From NCBI GenBank assembly GCA_050943215.1, contig JBMNOU010000001.1, positions 9,618 through 73,617 of the forward strand: 64,000 nucleotides of DNA, given 5' to 3'. Below the pieces are notes generated by a model, which saw only the letters and a list, made by a program, of their open reading frames with translations, did no database searches and was not told the DNA's origin. Shown in pieces: positions 1 to 11,387 of this stretch. The number at the start of each line of letters is the position of its first letter. The stretch's first letter is position 1. The translations under genes were made by a program, and so were the position numbers. This DNA is from Christensenellales bacterium (GTDB lineage: Bacteria > Bacillota > Clostridia > Christensenellales > SZUA-584).

Positions 1-64
1 AACTTTTTAAACTGATATTTGGAGAATAATGTTTGTCCCGTCAATAAACTATTGGAGAGACGTA

Positions 65-730
65 ATGAAAGGACAAAGAATAAAAAGGCTGTTGGCAATT
101 ATAATTATTTTGCTTACGGTCTTATTTTATGGATGCAGTGTTATACCGGCAGCGGCATATAAGTTTGGTTCAAGCGGAGATCAGGTAAGTGAAATACAAA
201 AAAGGCTTAAGGACTGGGGATATTATAGCGGCGATGTTGACGGTAAGTATGGCAAGGCCACCGAAGACGCCGTTATCGCTTTCCAAATAAAACATAAAAT
301 CACGATAGACGGTATCGTGGGTGCCGAGACAGCTGAAAAACTGGGAGTGGCTTTATCGAGCGGCAATTCAAGATCAGGCAATAGCGATGTCTATCTTTTG
401 GCAAGGCTTGTTTATGGGGAGGCAAGAGGCGAGTCGTATACAGGCAAGGTTGCTGTTGCGGCTGTAGTGCTAAATAGGGTTGAAAGTTCGCTTTTCCCCA
501 ATACATTGGCTAAAGTCATTTATCAGAAAGGCGCATTTTCTGTCGTCGATGACGGACAGATCAACCTCTCGCCGGATTCGGACGCTCTCAAAGCGGCAAG
601 GGATGCAATCAATGGGTGGGATCCTTCAGGCGGTGCGCTATTTTATTACAACCCAAATAAAACCTCTAATGTGTATATCCGATCGAGGCCTGTCATTTGT
701 ACAATAGGCGATCATATTTTTTGTAAATAA
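65..730 (+). CDS. sleB: Spore cortex-lytic enzyme SleB-like (PG_binding_1 + cell-wall hydrolase domain)
   Basis: ORF 29..730. The likely start is ATG 65 (MKGQRIKRLL signal/anchor) after a GGAGAG RBS. It has a peptidoglycan-binding repeat (GDQVSEIQKRLKDWGYYSGDVDGKYG) and an SleB/CwlJ hydrolase core (LLARLVYGEARGE...AVAAVVLNR). ypeB follows. Confidence 0.8.
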   Translation: MKGQRIKRLLAIIIILLTVLFYGCSVIPAAAYKFGSSGDQVSEIQKRLKDWGYYSGDVDGKYGKATEDAVIAFQIKHKITIDGIVGAETAEKLGVALSSGNSRSGNSDVYLLARLVYGEARGESYTGKVAVAAVVLNRVESSLFPNTLAKVIYQKGAFSVVDDGQINLSPDSDALKAARDAINGWDPSGGALFYYNPNKTSNVYIRSRPVICTIGDHIFCK

Positions 731-738
731 GGAGAGTT

Positions 739-2067
739 ATGCAGATGAAAAAAATTTATAAAATTTTTGCTGTCAGTATTGCCGGTGCGCTTATCGTTGC
801 ATTGTCAGTTTATTCTATAATATTGGATGATCAGAAAAAAGTGCTTAGCAATCAGATTGCAGCAACTTACCAAAAATCTTTTGAAGAGCTGGTGGTAGAT
901 CTGGACAGCCTTGAAACCAAGCTGTGCAAACTAGAAGCGGCTAGCGGACTTAATCAGTATTCGATGCTTTTGATGGACGTATGGCGGCAGACAGGAGATA
1001 CGGAAAGTTCGATCGCGGCGCTGCCTGTTGCGTATGACGGAACGTCCTCACTGACGCAGTTTATTAACAGGATGGGTGATTATTGCCGGTATCTGTCTAA
1101 AAAAATTGCACAGAATCAGGATATTTCTGAAGAGGATATGGGCCAGATCAGATTGCTTGCCGGTTCGTGCAGACAGATATCACAGCAACTTACAACCATG
1201 CAGCAGCAGGGATATCCAACGGAAGCGATTGCTTTAGGCGGCGCATTCTTGCCCGAAGAAAGGCTCGAGGGAAATCTTGATTTTTCTAATCAGGAATTTC
1301 CGAGGCTGATATATGACGGGCCATTTTCCGAGAGTACAGAGAATAAACAGCCAGAAGGGCTTAGCGGTCAGCAGATGACGCAAGATCAGGCGAAATCGAT
1401 AGCGGCAGCGTTCCTTGATGTGGATGTGAATACATTGTCAAGTGACGGAGAAATTAACGCTAATATCACTTGTTTTGCTTTTTCAGGTGAACAGGATAGA
1501 AAACCGTTTTCTATATATATCGCCAAACAGGGGGGAAATGTACTCTGGTATATGAGCCAGAGGGAAACGGGAATTTCGGCCGTGCCGACCGATGAGCGAT
1601 ATGAGCAGCTGACGGCAATCGCGCAGCAGTACCTGATTAATAAGGGATATGGTGAAACGGCAGCGAGTTACGCCCAGTTTTACGGCGGTATGGCAATCAT
1701 CAATCTTGCACCTGTCGAAAACGGGGTAGTACTCTATCCCGACCTCATTAAAGTATGGGTTGATATTTCGGCTAACGATGTGGCGGGTATCGATGCATAC
1801 AACTATCTGATGTCTCATAAGCAACGGCGGCTTAACCCCCCGGTTTTAACGGAGCTTCAGGCGAGAGAAAAGATCAACGGCAGCCTGACGATAACAAACG
1901 TGCGGCTTGCATTGATTCCGCTTGAAACAAACGAGGAAAAACTGTGTTATGAATTTACCGGTTCTATTAACGACCACGATTATATTATTTACGTAAATGC
2001 CGAAACGGGAATGGAAGAGGATATATTGATCATCCAGCATACCAACGAGGGAACATTGGTTATGTAA
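739..2067 (+). CDS. ypeB: Germination protein YpeB-like (PepSY-type C-terminal repeats)
   Basis: 442-aa ORF immediately downstream of sleB with an N-terminal TM anchor, matching the classical sleB-ypeB pair. The start may be ATG 745 (MKKIYK), which has better RBS spacing. Confidence 0.7.
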   Translation: MQMKKIYKIFAVSIAGALIVALSVYSIILDDQKKVLSNQIAATYQKSFEELVVDLDSLETKLCKLEAASGLNQYSMLLMDVWRQTGDTESSIAALPVAYDGTSSLTQFINRMGDYCRYLSKKIAQNQDISEEDMGQIRLLAGSCRQISQQLTTMQQQGYPTEAIALGGAFLPEERLEGNLDFSNQEFPRLIYDGPFSESTENKQPEGLSGQQMTQDQAKSIAAAFLDVDVNTLSSDGEINANITCFAFSGEQDRKPFSIYIAKQGGNVLWYMSQRETGISAVPTDERYEQLTAIAQQYLINKGYGETAASYAQFYGGMAIINLAPVENGVVLYPDLIKVWVDISANDVAGIDAYNYLMSHKQRRLNPPVLTELQAREKINGSLTITNVRLALIPLETNEEKLCYEFTGSINDHDYIIYVNAETGMEEDILIIQHTNEGTLVM

Positions 2068-2124
2068 AACAGATGCAAAAAAGAGAACAGTTCGTTCTCT
2101 TTTTTGGTTTTAAGTAAGATTTTG

Positions 2125-2766
2125 TTAACTTGTTTCTCTGGCTGCTATCATTTCTTTGGTTTTCATCAGCCGCGTTAGGTTGCCCCGTTCGTTTTCTTCC
2201 AGTTTCATTCTGATATATTTAATCGTCTCCTCAAGCTGGGGGACCATCACATATTCCAGTGCGTTAACGCGCCGGCGTGTTTTCTCAATCTCGTCTGCAA
2301 GCATGTTGCATGTTTTCTCAAGCTCCGCGAGAACGATCATCTGCGGCAGCACGCTGGCCAGCAGAGATGTCGCGCTGTCGAGTTCGGCAGAGGTTGTAAG
2401 CATACCATACGGAAAAAAGGACTGCTCGCGCTTTTTTTCTGTGTACGAGATCTTTGGAACATCGACGCTCATGATATTTTTTTTGGCAATGCTGATCTCT
2501 ACTTCCCTGACCGGAAACAACAAAGCCTCATCAAACGCTTCTTTTGTCATCGCGACACGCGCAAGAACAAAACCGGCCAGCGCAGATGACAATGCAGATT
2601 CAACCTCTTGCCTCATTGCTTTGTTCTTTTTTATCAGCAGCATAAACTGACGGACCATTTCGTCACGTTTATCCTTAAGCAGCTTATGTCCGCGTGTTGC
2701 AACGACAAGGCGCTTTTTCAGCCTGGTCAGCTCCATTCGCGTGGGGTTTACTCTAAGTAAAGCCAT
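2125..2766 (-). CDS. ntpD: V-type ATP synthase subunit D
   Basis: MALLRVNPTRMELTRLKKRL...GHKLLKDKRDEM N-terminus is typical of V/A-ATPase D. It is the last gene of the operon. Confidence 0.9.
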   Translation of the reverse strand: MALLRVNPTRMELTRLKKRLVVATRGHKLLKDKRDEMVRQFMLLIKKNKAMRQEVESALSSALAGFVLARVAMTKEAFDEALLFPVREVEISIAKKNIMSVDVPKISYTEKKREQSFFPYGMLTTSAELDSATSLLASVLPQMIVLAELEKTCNMLADEIEKTRRRVNALEYVMVPQLEETIKYIRMKLEENERGNLTRLMKTKEMIAARETS

Positions 2767-2769
2767 TTT

Positions 2770-4149
2770 TTATTCCTCATCAGCAGGCAGGTATTTTTCG
2801 ATGTATGCGTCTTTGATACGCTTGAGCTCTACTTTCGGTAATATCTTAAGCAGCTTCCAGCCAAGATTAAGCGTTTCCTCAACGCTCCTGTTTTTTTCAT
2901 ACCCCTGGGAAACATACTCTTTCTCAAACGAGTCGGAAAACTTTGCGTATAGTTTGTCGACATCACTTAAAGCCGCTTCTCCTAGGATCACCGAGAGCTC
3001 CTTGGCGTCTTTACCTCTTGCATAGGCCGAAAAGAGTTGGTTCATCGTATCCGCATGGTCTTCTCTGGTCTTATCCTTACCGATGCCCTTGTCTTTAAGG
3101 CGCGACAGTGAGGGCAGCACATCGATAGGGGGTATAATACCTTTTCTGTGCAATTCTCTCGAGAGGATGATTTGCCCTTCAGTGATATATCCGGTCAGAT
3201 CGGGTATCGGATGCGTTTTGTCGTCCTCGGGCATCGTTAGAATGGGTATCTGCGTGACGGATCCCTCTTTGCCTTTAATCCGCCCGGCGCGTTCATACAT
3301 CGTCGCAAGATCGGTATAAAGATATCCCGGATAGCCACGCCGGCCCGGTACTTCCTTTCTAGCCGCAGAAACTTCGCGCAGCGCTTCGGCATAGTTCGTG
3401 ATATCCGTGATGATCACCAGCACATGAAGGCCTTTTTCGTATGCCAGATATTCCGCTGCCGTCAACGCCATTCTCGGCGTCGAAATGCGCTCAATTGCAG
3501 GATCGTCTGCGAGGTTGATAAACAGCACGGTTCTTTCAATCGCGCCCGTTTTCTTAAAATCGCTGATGAAAAAATCCGCTTCCTCAAACGTAATGCCTAC
3601 TGCGGCGAATACGACGGCAAAATTGGATTCGCCGCCCAGTACTTTGGCCTGACGCGCTATCTGTGCGGCGAGATTTGCATGCGGGAGGCCTGAACCTGAA
3701 AATACAGGCAGCTTTTGTCCGCGGACGAGCGTATTAAGCCCGTCGATAGCCGAAATGCCTGTCTGTATAAATTCCTCCGGATAAGCCCTTGCCGCTGGGT
3801 TGATGGGCTGGCCGTTAATGTCCATGCGTTTTTCTGGAATAATGGCCGGGCCATCGTCGATTGGCTGTCCCATACCATCAAACACCCTCCCGAGCATGTC
3901 GTACGAGACGGACAGCTCGATGCTCTTTCCCAAAAACCGTGCCTTGGAAGTGGCGATCTTAAGGCCGCGGGAACTCTCGAAAAGCTGGACAAGTGCCTTA
4001 TCACCATTGACTTCGAGCACCTTGCCGCGCCGGATGTCTCCTCTCTGCTGCTCAATTTCGACTAGTTCGTCGTATTTGACGCCGCTGACGCCTTCCACCA
4101 GCATCAAAGGACCCACAACTTCTTTTATCGTGCGGTATTCCTTAAGCAA
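2770..4149 (-). CDS. ntpB: V-type ATP synthase subunit B
   Basis: 459 aa with a non-catalytic B-subunit signature ([38 protein letters not shown]). Confidence 0.95.
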   Translation of the reverse strand: MLKEYRTIKEVVGPLMLVEGVSGVKYDELVEIEQQRGDIRRGKVLEVNGDKALVQLFESSRGLKIATSKARFLGKSIELSVSYDMLGRVFDGMGQPIDDGPAIIPEKRMDINGQPINPAARAYPEEFIQTGISAIDGLNTLVRGQKLPVFSGSGLPHANLAAQIARQAKVLGGESNFAVVFAAVGITFEEADFFISDFKKTGAIERTVLFINLADDPAIERISTPRMALTAAEYLAYEKGLHVLVIITDITNYAEALREVSAARKEVPGRRGYPGYLYTDLATMYERAGRIKGKEGSVTQIPILTMPEDDKTHPIPDLTGYITEGQIILSRELHRKGIIPPIDVLPSLSRLKDKGIGKDKTREDHADTMNQLFSAYARGKDAKELSVILGEAALSDVDKLYAKFSDSFEKEYVSQGYEKNRSVEETLNLGWKLLKILPKVELKRIKDAYIEKYLPADEE

Positions 4150-5917
4150 TATCTATCCCACCTTCCTCATAAAGCGCTGACATCTGGTCATGGAGCTTTT
4201 TATCAATTGCCGCAAAACGTTCGGCAATGTCTTTTTCCTCTATATATTTAGCTCTGCCAATATCTTCGCGAACAGGCAGAGAGGATATCTTCGAGAACTC
4301 GGCACCGGCATCAAGCGCCTTTTCGCCTAGCTCACCCCATTTTAAAATTAGCTTTAGCATGCCGAACTGTTTTTCAAGCGATGTATACGTATCGATTTCA
4401 TGAAAAGCGTTCTGGTGAAGATAGTCTTCTCTAACAGACCGCGCTGTTTCCAGCTTGAGCCGGTCTTTAAGAGACAGCGCATCGAAGCCGACCAGCCGGA
4501 CGATCTCTTCGAGTTCAGCCTCTTCCTGCAGAAGCTGCATCGTCTTTTGCCGAAGGATGACCCATTCGTCCGAAACGTTAGCGTCAAACCAATCCGAAAG
4601 CCGCTCTACATACAACGAATACGACGTCAGCCAATCGATCGCCGGAAAATGCCTTTTATATGCGAGTTGTGCGGAAAGCCCCCAGAACACCTTGACAATC
4701 CGAAGTGTCGCCTGGGATACCGGCTCGGATATATCGCCCCCCGGCGGTGAGACCGCCCCTATTGCTGAAATAGCGCCGATACGCCCGTTGCCGCCTATCG
4801 TCCTCACCATACCCGCACGTTCATAAAAACCGGCAAGCCGGGATGACAGGTATGCGGGGTATCCTTCTTCGCCAGGCATTTCCTCGAGACGGCCCGACAT
4901 CTCGCGCAGCGCTTCCGCCCAACGTGAAGTTGAGTCGGCCATAATAGCAACTTTATATCCCATATCGCGGAAATATTCCGCAATAGTAATACCTGTATAT
5001 ATCGATGCCTCACGCGCCGCAACAGGCATGTCCGATGTGTTTGCAATAAGCACAGTCCGTTTCATTAAAGGCTCGCCCGTACGCGGATCTTTAAGCTCGG
5101 GGAACTCCATAAGAACGTCTGTCATCTCGTTTCCGCGTTCGCCGCAGCCAACATATACAATGATTTCGGCGTCTGCCCATTTCGCAAGCTGGTGCTGAAC
5201 AACTGTTTTGCCGCTGCCGAAAGGTCCGGGAACGGCCGCAACGCCGCCTTTGGCAACAGGAAAAAGCGTATCGATAACCCGCTGTCCGGTTATCATTGGT
5301 TCGTTTGGCGCGAGTTTCTCAGCGTATGGACGCCCTTGCCGGACAGGCCATCTTTGAAGCATCTGTATATCTATAACTTCACCGGATGCGCTTTTTAGCT
5401 TTGCCACCGGTTCAACGATGGTAGCTTCGCCGTCGGCAATCCATTCGATTGTTCCCGAAACGCCGTGTGGTACCATAATGGAATGCCTGACCAGCGTTGT
5501 TTCATCGACATACCCTAAAAAGTCACCTGATGAAACAGCGTCGCCGGCTTTGGCCGTTGGTATAAACACCCACTTTTTATCATGATCAAGTGCGCTTATC
5601 GAAACGCCGCGGCTAATCCGATCACCTGTCTGTTTTTTGATCTTATCGAGCGGACGCTGGATGCCGTCGAAGATCGATTCAATCAGCCCGGGTGCCAGCT
5701 CGACCGAAAGAGGGCTGCCCGTAGAATATACCGGTTCATCCGGGCCAAGACCGCTTGTTTCTTCATATACCTGAATGGAGGCCATATCGCCTCTAAGTTC
5801 TATGATCTCTCCTATCAGCCGCTGTTCGCTAACCATGACAACATCATACATCTCACATTGTCCTAAGCCCTTAGCCACAATCAGAGGACCGGAAACCTTG
5901 ACTATTTTGCCTTCCAT
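4142..5917 (-). CDS. ntpA: V-type ATP synthase catalytic subunit A
   Basis: Walker [10 protein letters not shown] and [10 protein letters not shown] motifs. The start is trimmed to ATG 5917 ([12 protein letters not shown]) on RBS spacing. Confidence 0.95.
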   Translation of the reverse strand: MEGKIVKVSGPLIVAKGLGQCEMYDVVMVSEQRLIGEIIELRGDMASIQVYEETSGLGPDEPVYSTGSPLSVELAPGLIESIFDGIQRPLDKIKKQTGDRISRGVSISALDHDKKWVFIPTAKAGDAVSSGDFLGYVDETTLVRHSIMVPHGVSGTIEWIADGEATIVEPVAKLKSASGEVIDIQMLQRWPVRQGRPYAEKLAPNEPMITGQRVIDTLFPVAKGGVAAVPGPFGSGKTVVQHQLAKWADAEIIVYVGCGERGNEMTDVLMEFPELKDPRTGEPLMKRTVLIANTSDMPVAAREASIYTGITIAEYFRDMGYKVAIMADSTSRWAEALREMSGRLEEMPGEEGYPAYLSSRLAGFYERAGMVRTIGGNGRIGAISAIGAVSPPGGDISEPVSQATLRIVKVFWGLSAQLAYKRHFPAIDWLTSYSLYVERLSDWFDANVSDEWVILRQKTMQLLQEEAELEEIVRLVGFDALSLKDRLKLETARSVREDYLHQNAFHEIDTYTSLEKQFGMLKLILKWGELGEKALDAGAEFSKISSLPVREDIGRAKYIEEKDIAERFAAIDKKLHDQMSALYEEGGIDIA

Positions 5918-5971
5918 ATACATAACCTTTCTATCAATAATCCTCAAATCTATACCGCGCGCAACCGTAGA

Positions 5972-6286
5972 TTAGTCGTCTCCCAGAATGTTAATGCCAA
6001 TCGCTTTCTCGACATTGGCATTAATACCCCGCATCCCGAGTCCGGTTGTGCCCCTGTTTCCGGGTATGGGAATGATGGCGGGAAATGGCAACGTCTTATA
6101 TCTGTCAATCGTTTCTGCGGCTATTTCTGCAGCCTGCTCCGTCACAAAGATGATAGCGTAGCCGCTTTGCGCCAGACGGTTGATCGTCTTTATTACTTCT
6201 CCGTCCGTTGCGGGATACACATCGATGCCAAGCGATTTAAAACCAATTACGCTATCAGAATCTCCCACAACACCAATCTTGTTCAT
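5972..6286 (-). CDS. ntpG: V-type ATP synthase subunit F
   Basis: The ORF track gives 146 aa. The conserved part begins at MNKIGVVGDSDSVIGFKSLG (ATG 6286), about 104 aa, typical of V-ATPase F. Confidence 0.85.
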   Translation of the reverse strand: MNKIGVVGDSDSVIGFKSLGIDVYPATDGEVIKTINRLAQSGYAIIFVTEQAAEIAAETIDRYKTLPFPAIIPIPGNRGTTGLGMRGINANVEKAIGINILGDD

Positions 6287-6297
6287 ATACTTCCTCG

Positions 6298-7293
6298 CTA
6301 AAAAAGTTCTTTCATTCTCTCTGAGACCACATCGGCATTGATACCGCCCAGCTTTGCCGTCATCACCATACGCACGGCTGCGGCCTCCCGCTGCTTTGCG
6401 ATGTAATAGCACATAAGAGGTCCTATACCAAACATGTCATGCCACTTTGCCCGAAGCATCTGCAACAGGTAATCATCCCTTGCCTTTTCCAACATATACA
6501 GGTTTTTGCTTTTTTGATATTCGGCGAATGCGGATGAGAAAGCGCGGGAGAAGTCTCCTTTAAATAGGGAATTATATATGTTCTCATCTGAAAGATCAAA
6601 CGCATTGATGAAAGTGTTCTTTTCTATATTGCCTCCTTCAAAAAAAGTTTTTTCAAAAACCTCTTTTCCATAACCAGATAAACGTATGCGCATAAAAGCA
6701 ATGATGTTGGACAAATCAAAATACGCCTGAAAATATGCGCTGACGAGCGGGTCATGCATATCATGGATCAATGTGTTAATTTCTTTCGCATATGCTTTGT
6801 CAAGGGTAATTCCGACGATGGATACGTCATTTACGGATGCGAACTGTTTATCAATATATACCAAGGCATCTGTCATTGTTTGCGGCAGTTCACGGTAATC
6901 ATTCTCGCTGATCGCCCGTTTTAATATTTCTACGCTGATATTGCCGGGTGTTAGCTCAATGCTGTCAAGATCCTGGTTGAGCATAGTGAGTTTGATTAAA
7001 ATTTTCAGGTTATGATAATCCTTCTGTGTGCGCATGATCTTAATAAAAACATCGCTTGGCGAAAGAAAAATCAAAAGATCGTCCGCTTCGCTTAATTCGT
7101 TATTTATTAATTGCTCAAAAGAATCCTTAGAGGCCACCGATTGCCCGTATCCTAGCTCCTGCAAAATACGCATTGCCGAATCAAAATCTTTCGATTCCAT
7201 TAGCCGGCCCAATTTATCTTTTGTTATCAGCCTTGACTCGATCGCTTTGACTCTAGCAGCGGCGAATGAGTAATTGCTATTTTTTTCTGACAT
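6298..7293 (-). CDS. ntpC: V-type ATP synthase subunit C (V0 d-like)
   Basis: 331-aa helical protein at the canonical position between E and F. Confidence 0.8.
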   Translation of the reverse strand: MSEKNSNYSFAAARVKAIESRLITKDKLGRLMESKDFDSAMRILQELGYGQSVASKDSFEQLINNELSEADDLLIFLSPSDVFIKIMRTQKDYHNLKILIKLTMLNQDLDSIELTPGNISVEILKRAISENDYRELPQTMTDALVYIDKQFASVNDVSIVGITLDKAYAKEINTLIHDMHDPLVSAYFQAYFDLSNIIAFMRIRLSGYGKEVFEKTFFEGGNIEKNTFINAFDLSDENIYNSLFKGDFSRAFSSAFAEYQKSKNLYMLEKARDDYLLQMLRAKWHDMFGIGPLMCYYIAKQREAAAVRMVMTAKLGGINADVVSERMKELF

Positions 7294-7310
7294 ATCCCAC
7301 CTGTATAATT

Positions 7311-7907
7311 TTATTCAAATAAAAGCTTTGCAACATCTGTTTCTGCGTTTTGCCAAGCTTCATTTAGCAGCGCTTCTAGTGATATGTTGATCTCCATTCC
7401 GCCATCAATAAAGATAAAACCGCCCAGGATGTCCCTCTTTTCAGGTAAAAATCTAATGTTTCCGTTGCCAAGGGTTTTTTCAAGGTACTGATTGACTTCC
7501 GATAAAAATGTTTCTGTGAGCCGTGTTTCGTTTTTGGAAACCGCAATACCGCCTTCGCCGGTTTTGGTGCATCTTAACAGCCTGTTTTTCATCAAAGAGA
7601 TGTATTCAGCATCACTTAGCGCGCAAAGCTTTTGCAGTGCTAAAGACTTGACTTGCTGCATTATCTCTTGTTTTGCGGAAAGAAGCTTTTTTCTATATTC
7701 CAAATCATATATGGCAGCTAAGCGTTTCTTGTTTTCCTCTGCGGTTTCATGAGCTGCATTTTCCATTTCTTTTTTTAGAATATCAATTTCCTGCAGCAAT
7801 GCATCGCGCATTTGTTGTTTATTTTCTTCGGCATCATGCCAGTATTGTTCTGCGTCGTGTTGCGCATCGCTTTTAATTTTTTCTATTAGTTTTTCAGCCT
7901 CGGCCAA
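7311..7907 (-). CDS. ntpE: V-type ATP synthase subunit E
   Basis: 198 aa with a long charged N-terminal coiled coil and a globular C-terminus, in the expected operon position. Confidence 0.8.
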   Translation of the reverse strand: MAEAEKLIEKIKSDAQHDAEQYWHDAEENKQQMRDALLQEIDILKKEMENAAHETAEENKKRLAAIYDLEYRKKLLSAKQEIMQQVKSLALQKLCALSDAEYISLMKNRLLRCTKTGEGGIAVSKNETRLTETFLSEVNQYLEKTLGNGNIRFLPEKRDILGGFIFIDGGMEINISLEALLNEAWQNAETDVAKLLFE

Positions 7908-7922
7908 AATTCATCACATCCT

Positions 7923-8414
7923 TTATGCCGCTTTACCGAGCAGAATAATCAGCATGGATACTAGCAGTGCAAAAACGGCATATGTTTCTACCATCAAGGG
8001 CATCATCATGGCTTTGCCTTGTTCATCCGGGCGTTTGCACAAAAGGTTTACCCCGGCAACGGCAGCTTTACCCTGATAAATTGCCGAGAAGAGACCTACA
8101 AACCCTGCTGGCATAGCGCCGAAAAAGTATATCCATCCCTGGGCGCCCGAAATTAATTGGCCGCCCCCTATAACCCCGTTGTTTATCAATATCAGGAAGG
8201 CAACAAGCAATCCGTATACGCCCTGCGTTCCGGGCAGCAGCTGAAGCACAAGCGCCTGTCCGAATCTGTCCGGCTCCTCAGAGACGAAACCAGCCGCCGC
8301 CTGAGCTACAAAATTCATACCTCTTGCCGATCCGATACCAGCAAGCAAAGCTGCAATCACGGCACCCAAAGTCGATATTACCATTCCTGTATATTCACCC
8401 AAAAAATCAGCCAT
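7923..8414 (-). CDS. ntpK: V-type ATP synthase proteolipid subunit K
   Basis: 163 aa, glycine-rich four-TM c-ring type sequence. Confidence 0.85.
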   Translation of the reverse strand: MADFLGEYTGMVISTLGAVIAALLAGIGSARGMNFVAQAAAGFVSEEPDRFGQALVLQLLPGTQGVYGLLVAFLILINNGVIGGGQLISGAQGWIYFFGAMPAGFVGLFSAIYQGKAAVAGVNLLCKRPDEQGKAMMMPLMVETYAVFALLVSMLIILLGKAA

Positions 8415-8472
8415 GTTCTATCCTCCTGTTATATAAACATATCCTTTTATATTCTTTCGAACTCAACGATCT

Positions 8473-10377
8473 TTATCGCTCTTCCAGCCTAAAGTTTTTT
8501 GCCTTTATGTCAAGCGGAGAAAACGCACGCCCGCCGCCTTCATAAAATCTCGAGTAAAACTCAATAAACTGCAGCCTTGCTGTATGAACAAAAGCGCCTA
8601 GCGTGTTAATCGAAATATTAAACACATGTCCTACAGTGAGTATTACTGCAGAAACAATGTATCCGATTACATTGCCGAAAAACAGGCTCGCGATTGTGTT
8701 GAATACCATTGAGATGACCGATGTCGCAAGTCCCATACCGAATAAACGGCAGTAAGAGAGAATATCGCTGATATACCCGGTTACCCCGTATACACCTGCA
8801 AACCCTCCGATAAACTTCCGGAAGATACCTTTTTTACTACGTCCCTGTGTAAAGAATAATACCGCAATGCCTACGATGGCCATATACGTCCCGATTGTAC
8901 CGACTGTTCCACCAAGTGCCAGCAGGATACCTCCGATTAGCACCGCTATCCATGATATCTTGTCAAATACCGCCTCCCAGAAGTGGCCGCGTTTTATACA
9001 AATGTATGCACCGATACCAAGGCCGACCATAATATGCAGTATTCCAATCGCAAGACAGAGCACCAGAAGTGTCATTGCGTCATTAATCGGATTGATAACG
9101 GCGGGTATGCCTTCGATGCTGAATATTGTTCCAAAAAACAACCCCCAAAGTGCTGTGGATATTCCGCAGGTCATGACGATAGTTGTGACCTTTCGAAACA
9201 TACCGGTGGGTTTTTTTAGCTTTAGAACGACATAAGCGCCTATCGTTAATATGATACCGTAAGCGAAGTCTCCGACCATCATGCCAAACAACAAGAAATA
9301 AAAAACCGACATGATTACGCTTGGGTCAAATCCTTTTGAAGAAGGAAGAGAATACATTTCCGTAATCGCTTCAAAGGGTTCAACGAGCTTTGAATTTTTC
9401 ATCGCCGTAGGCGGTATTTCATCTGCCTTCGGTTCTCTAAAAGCAATATACGATTCGGGCGCCGCACTGAGCAGGGCTTTCTCTATTTTATCCTGGTCGT
9501 CAGCTACTATCCAACCTTCAAGCATGAACGTCATGCTAGTTTCGCCGAGTTTTTCGATGCATCGCTCTCTTTCGATTACGTTAACGAGATAATCCTCATA
9601 AGTTTTTAAAATCAGTTTATCGTCAACAAACTTCTTTGCAGCGGCTTCAAACTCTTTTGTTTCTTTTTCTAGCAATTGGTATTCGTTTTGGTATTTGAGA
9701 ATATTATCGTTTGGCGTGCCATACAAATTCTTCGTATAGGCTTCGGAAAGACCGATATATTTTAGCTCGCTGGTCAGTTTCCCGTGTATCTGATTGAGCA
9801 TAATGGTATATAAGACCAAAAAATCTTTATGTTCGTCTATTGTCTCAAAGTACGCACTTTCGCCGTAATCTTTTACGATTTGTTGAAATTTTTCCAGATT
9901 CTCTGAAGGGATCGTTCCAAGAAGACATGTTGTATACAGCCCAGTATTCATTCTTTCAAGCGGCACGTCAAACTTTTCATACGGTGCAAGCTGGGCTATT
10001 TTGTTTTTTAGTCGCTGTTTTTTTATTTTCAGAGCGTTGATGTCATCTGAAAATTGTTTGGTTTTATTAATAATCTCATCAGCATCAGAAAACTTTTCGG
10101 AACCACTCATAAGCTCGGATATAGATATCAGGGGTTTTGGCGTCAAAAAGGATGTTTTGCTATCATCGTATCTTCTGATCAGTTCAAGCGCTTGTAGAAT
10201 ATCCGCCAGTTTTGCTTCAAGGCTGCCAAGCGAGCGGGATACTTGCGCCGAGTTTATTTCTTCTAAACGTGTAGCGACGACTTCTATTGCGCCTATATTT
10301 TGTATCTCTTTGAGCAAAGTTTTTTTTCTGTCAGCATGAGCGATTAGCGTTATTTTTTTCATACTTAACAGCGCCAT
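8473..10377 (-). CDS. ntpI: V-type ATP synthase subunit I (a-subunit)
   Basis: 634 aa with a soluble coiled-coil N-terminal half and a polytopic C-terminal half. Confidence 0.9.
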   Translation of the reverse strand: MALLSMKKITLIAHADRKKTLLKEIQNIGAIEVVATRLEEINSAQVSRSLGSLEAKLADILQALELIRRYDDSKTSFLTPKPLISISELMSGSEKFSDADEIINKTKQFSDDINALKIKKQRLKNKIAQLAPYEKFDVPLERMNTGLYTTCLLGTIPSENLEKFQQIVKDYGESAYFETIDEHKDFLVLYTIMLNQIHGKLTSELKYIGLSEAYTKNLYGTPNDNILKYQNEYQLLEKETKEFEAAAKKFVDDKLILKTYEDYLVNVIERERCIEKLGETSMTFMLEGWIVADDQDKIEKALLSAAPESYIAFREPKADEIPPTAMKNSKLVEPFEAITEMYSLPSSKGFDPSVIMSVFYFLLFGMMVGDFAYGIILTIGAYVVLKLKKPTGMFRKVTTIVMTCGISTALWGLFFGTIFSIEGIPAVINPINDAMTLLVLCLAIGILHIMVGLGIGAYICIKRGHFWEAVFDKISWIAVLIGGILLALGGTVGTIGTYMAIVGIAVLFFTQGRSKKGIFRKFIGGFAGVYGVTGYISDILSYCRLFGMGLATSVISMVFNTIASLFFGNVIGYIVSAVILTVGHVFNISINTLGAFVHTARLQFIEFYSRFYEGGGRAFSPLDIKAKNFRLEER

Positions 10378-10378
10378 G

Positions 10379-10690
10379 TTATTTGAGTATCCTCTCTAAA
10401 CAAACAGTTGCTGCATACGCAAGTTTCTTTTGTGCATTCTGTTTGAGTACTTCACAAGATCTAAGCCTTTGCTCTTGCAATGTATCAAGCTTTGTTTTAG
10501 CTTCTTTTTCGGCGGCTTCTATGGCAGCGGCGTACCAGTTGCGCGCATCCGAGAGAGCCTGCTCTTTGATCGCGTTATTTTCCTGCTTTACCAGCTTGAT
10601 CGCGTCTTTGGCGGCAGCGGACGCAACCCTCCGTATCTCAAGCGCCTGTTCTTCTGCTGCTTTTATTTGGGTTAAAACATCAATCGCCAA
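10379..10690 (-). CDS. V-type ATP synthase small peripheral-stalk subunit (G/H type)
   Basis: 103-aa Ala/Glu/Lys-rich coiled coil. It is the first gene of the operon, abutting subunit I with a 1-nt gap. Confidence 0.6.
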   Translation of the reverse strand: MAIDVLTQIKAAEEQALEIRRVASAAAKDAIKLVKQENNAIKEQALSDARNWYAAAIEAAEKEAKTKLDTLQEQRLRSCEVLKQNAQKKLAYAATVCLERILK

Positions 10691-10705
10691 AACACACCAC
10701 CCCTT

Positions 10706-11335
10706 TTACTTTGTGCCAAATAGCCTATCCCCCGCATCGCCGAGTCCGGGAATGATATATCCATGATCATTTAGCCGCTCGTCTACGGCACAGACAAAAA
10801 TATCGACATCGTCATGCTCATTTTGCACGGCTTGAATTCCTTCGGGCGCAGCAATTAGGCATACTAGCTTAATACTTTTTGCACCTCGGTCTTTAATTAG
10901 CTGTATCGCACCGTTTGCGCTTCCGCCAGTTGCAAGCATTGGATCAACAACGATCAGATCCCTTTCTGCCGCATCCGTGGGAAGTTTGCAATAATATTCT
11001 ACCGGTTTTAAAGTTTCAGGATCACGGTAAAGGCCAATATGCCCGACCTTTGCAGCAGGAACTAATGAGAGCATGCCATCGACCATGCCAAGACCTGCCC
11101 GCAGTATAGGCACGATTCCGATCGTTTTCCCGGATATGACTTTTGTCTTTGCCTTGGCAATCGGTGTTTCGATCTCTACTTCTTTAAGCGGCATGTCGCG
11201 CGTTACCTCGTAAGCCATTAGCATCGCTAACTCTTCAACAAGATGGCGAAAATCCCGTGTACCCGTCTGTTTGTCTCTGATCAGCGATATCTTGTGCTGT
11301 ATCAGAGGGTGATCCATAATTATTAGCTTGCCCAT
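10706..11335 (-). CDS. upp: Uracil phosphoribosyltransferase
   Basis: 209 aa with the PRPP-binding loop [11 protein letters not shown] and the C-terminal [16 protein letters not shown]. Confidence 0.95.
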   Translation of the reverse strand: MGKLIIMDHPLIQHKISLIRDKQTGTRDFRHLVEELAMLMAYEVTRDMPLKEVEIETPIAKAKTKVISGKTIGIVPILRAGLGMVDGMLSLVPAAKVGHIGLYRDPETLKPVEYYCKLPTDAAERDLIVVDPMLATGGSANGAIQLIKDRGAKSIKLVCLIAAPEGIQAVQNEHDDVDIFVCAVDERLNDHGYIIPGLGDAGDRLFGTK

Positions 11336-11387
11336 TACTGCCCTCGCGATTATAATAATTTAGCAATATTAAAAAAGGAAAAACAGA

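Noticed and set aside
10691-10705. Separate promoter or regulatory region for the V-ATPase operon
   Set aside because: Only 15 nt separate the upp stop from the first V-ATPase gene. The operon is therefore probably co-transcribed with rpiB-upp or uses a promoter inside upp. There is no evidence for a distinct element.
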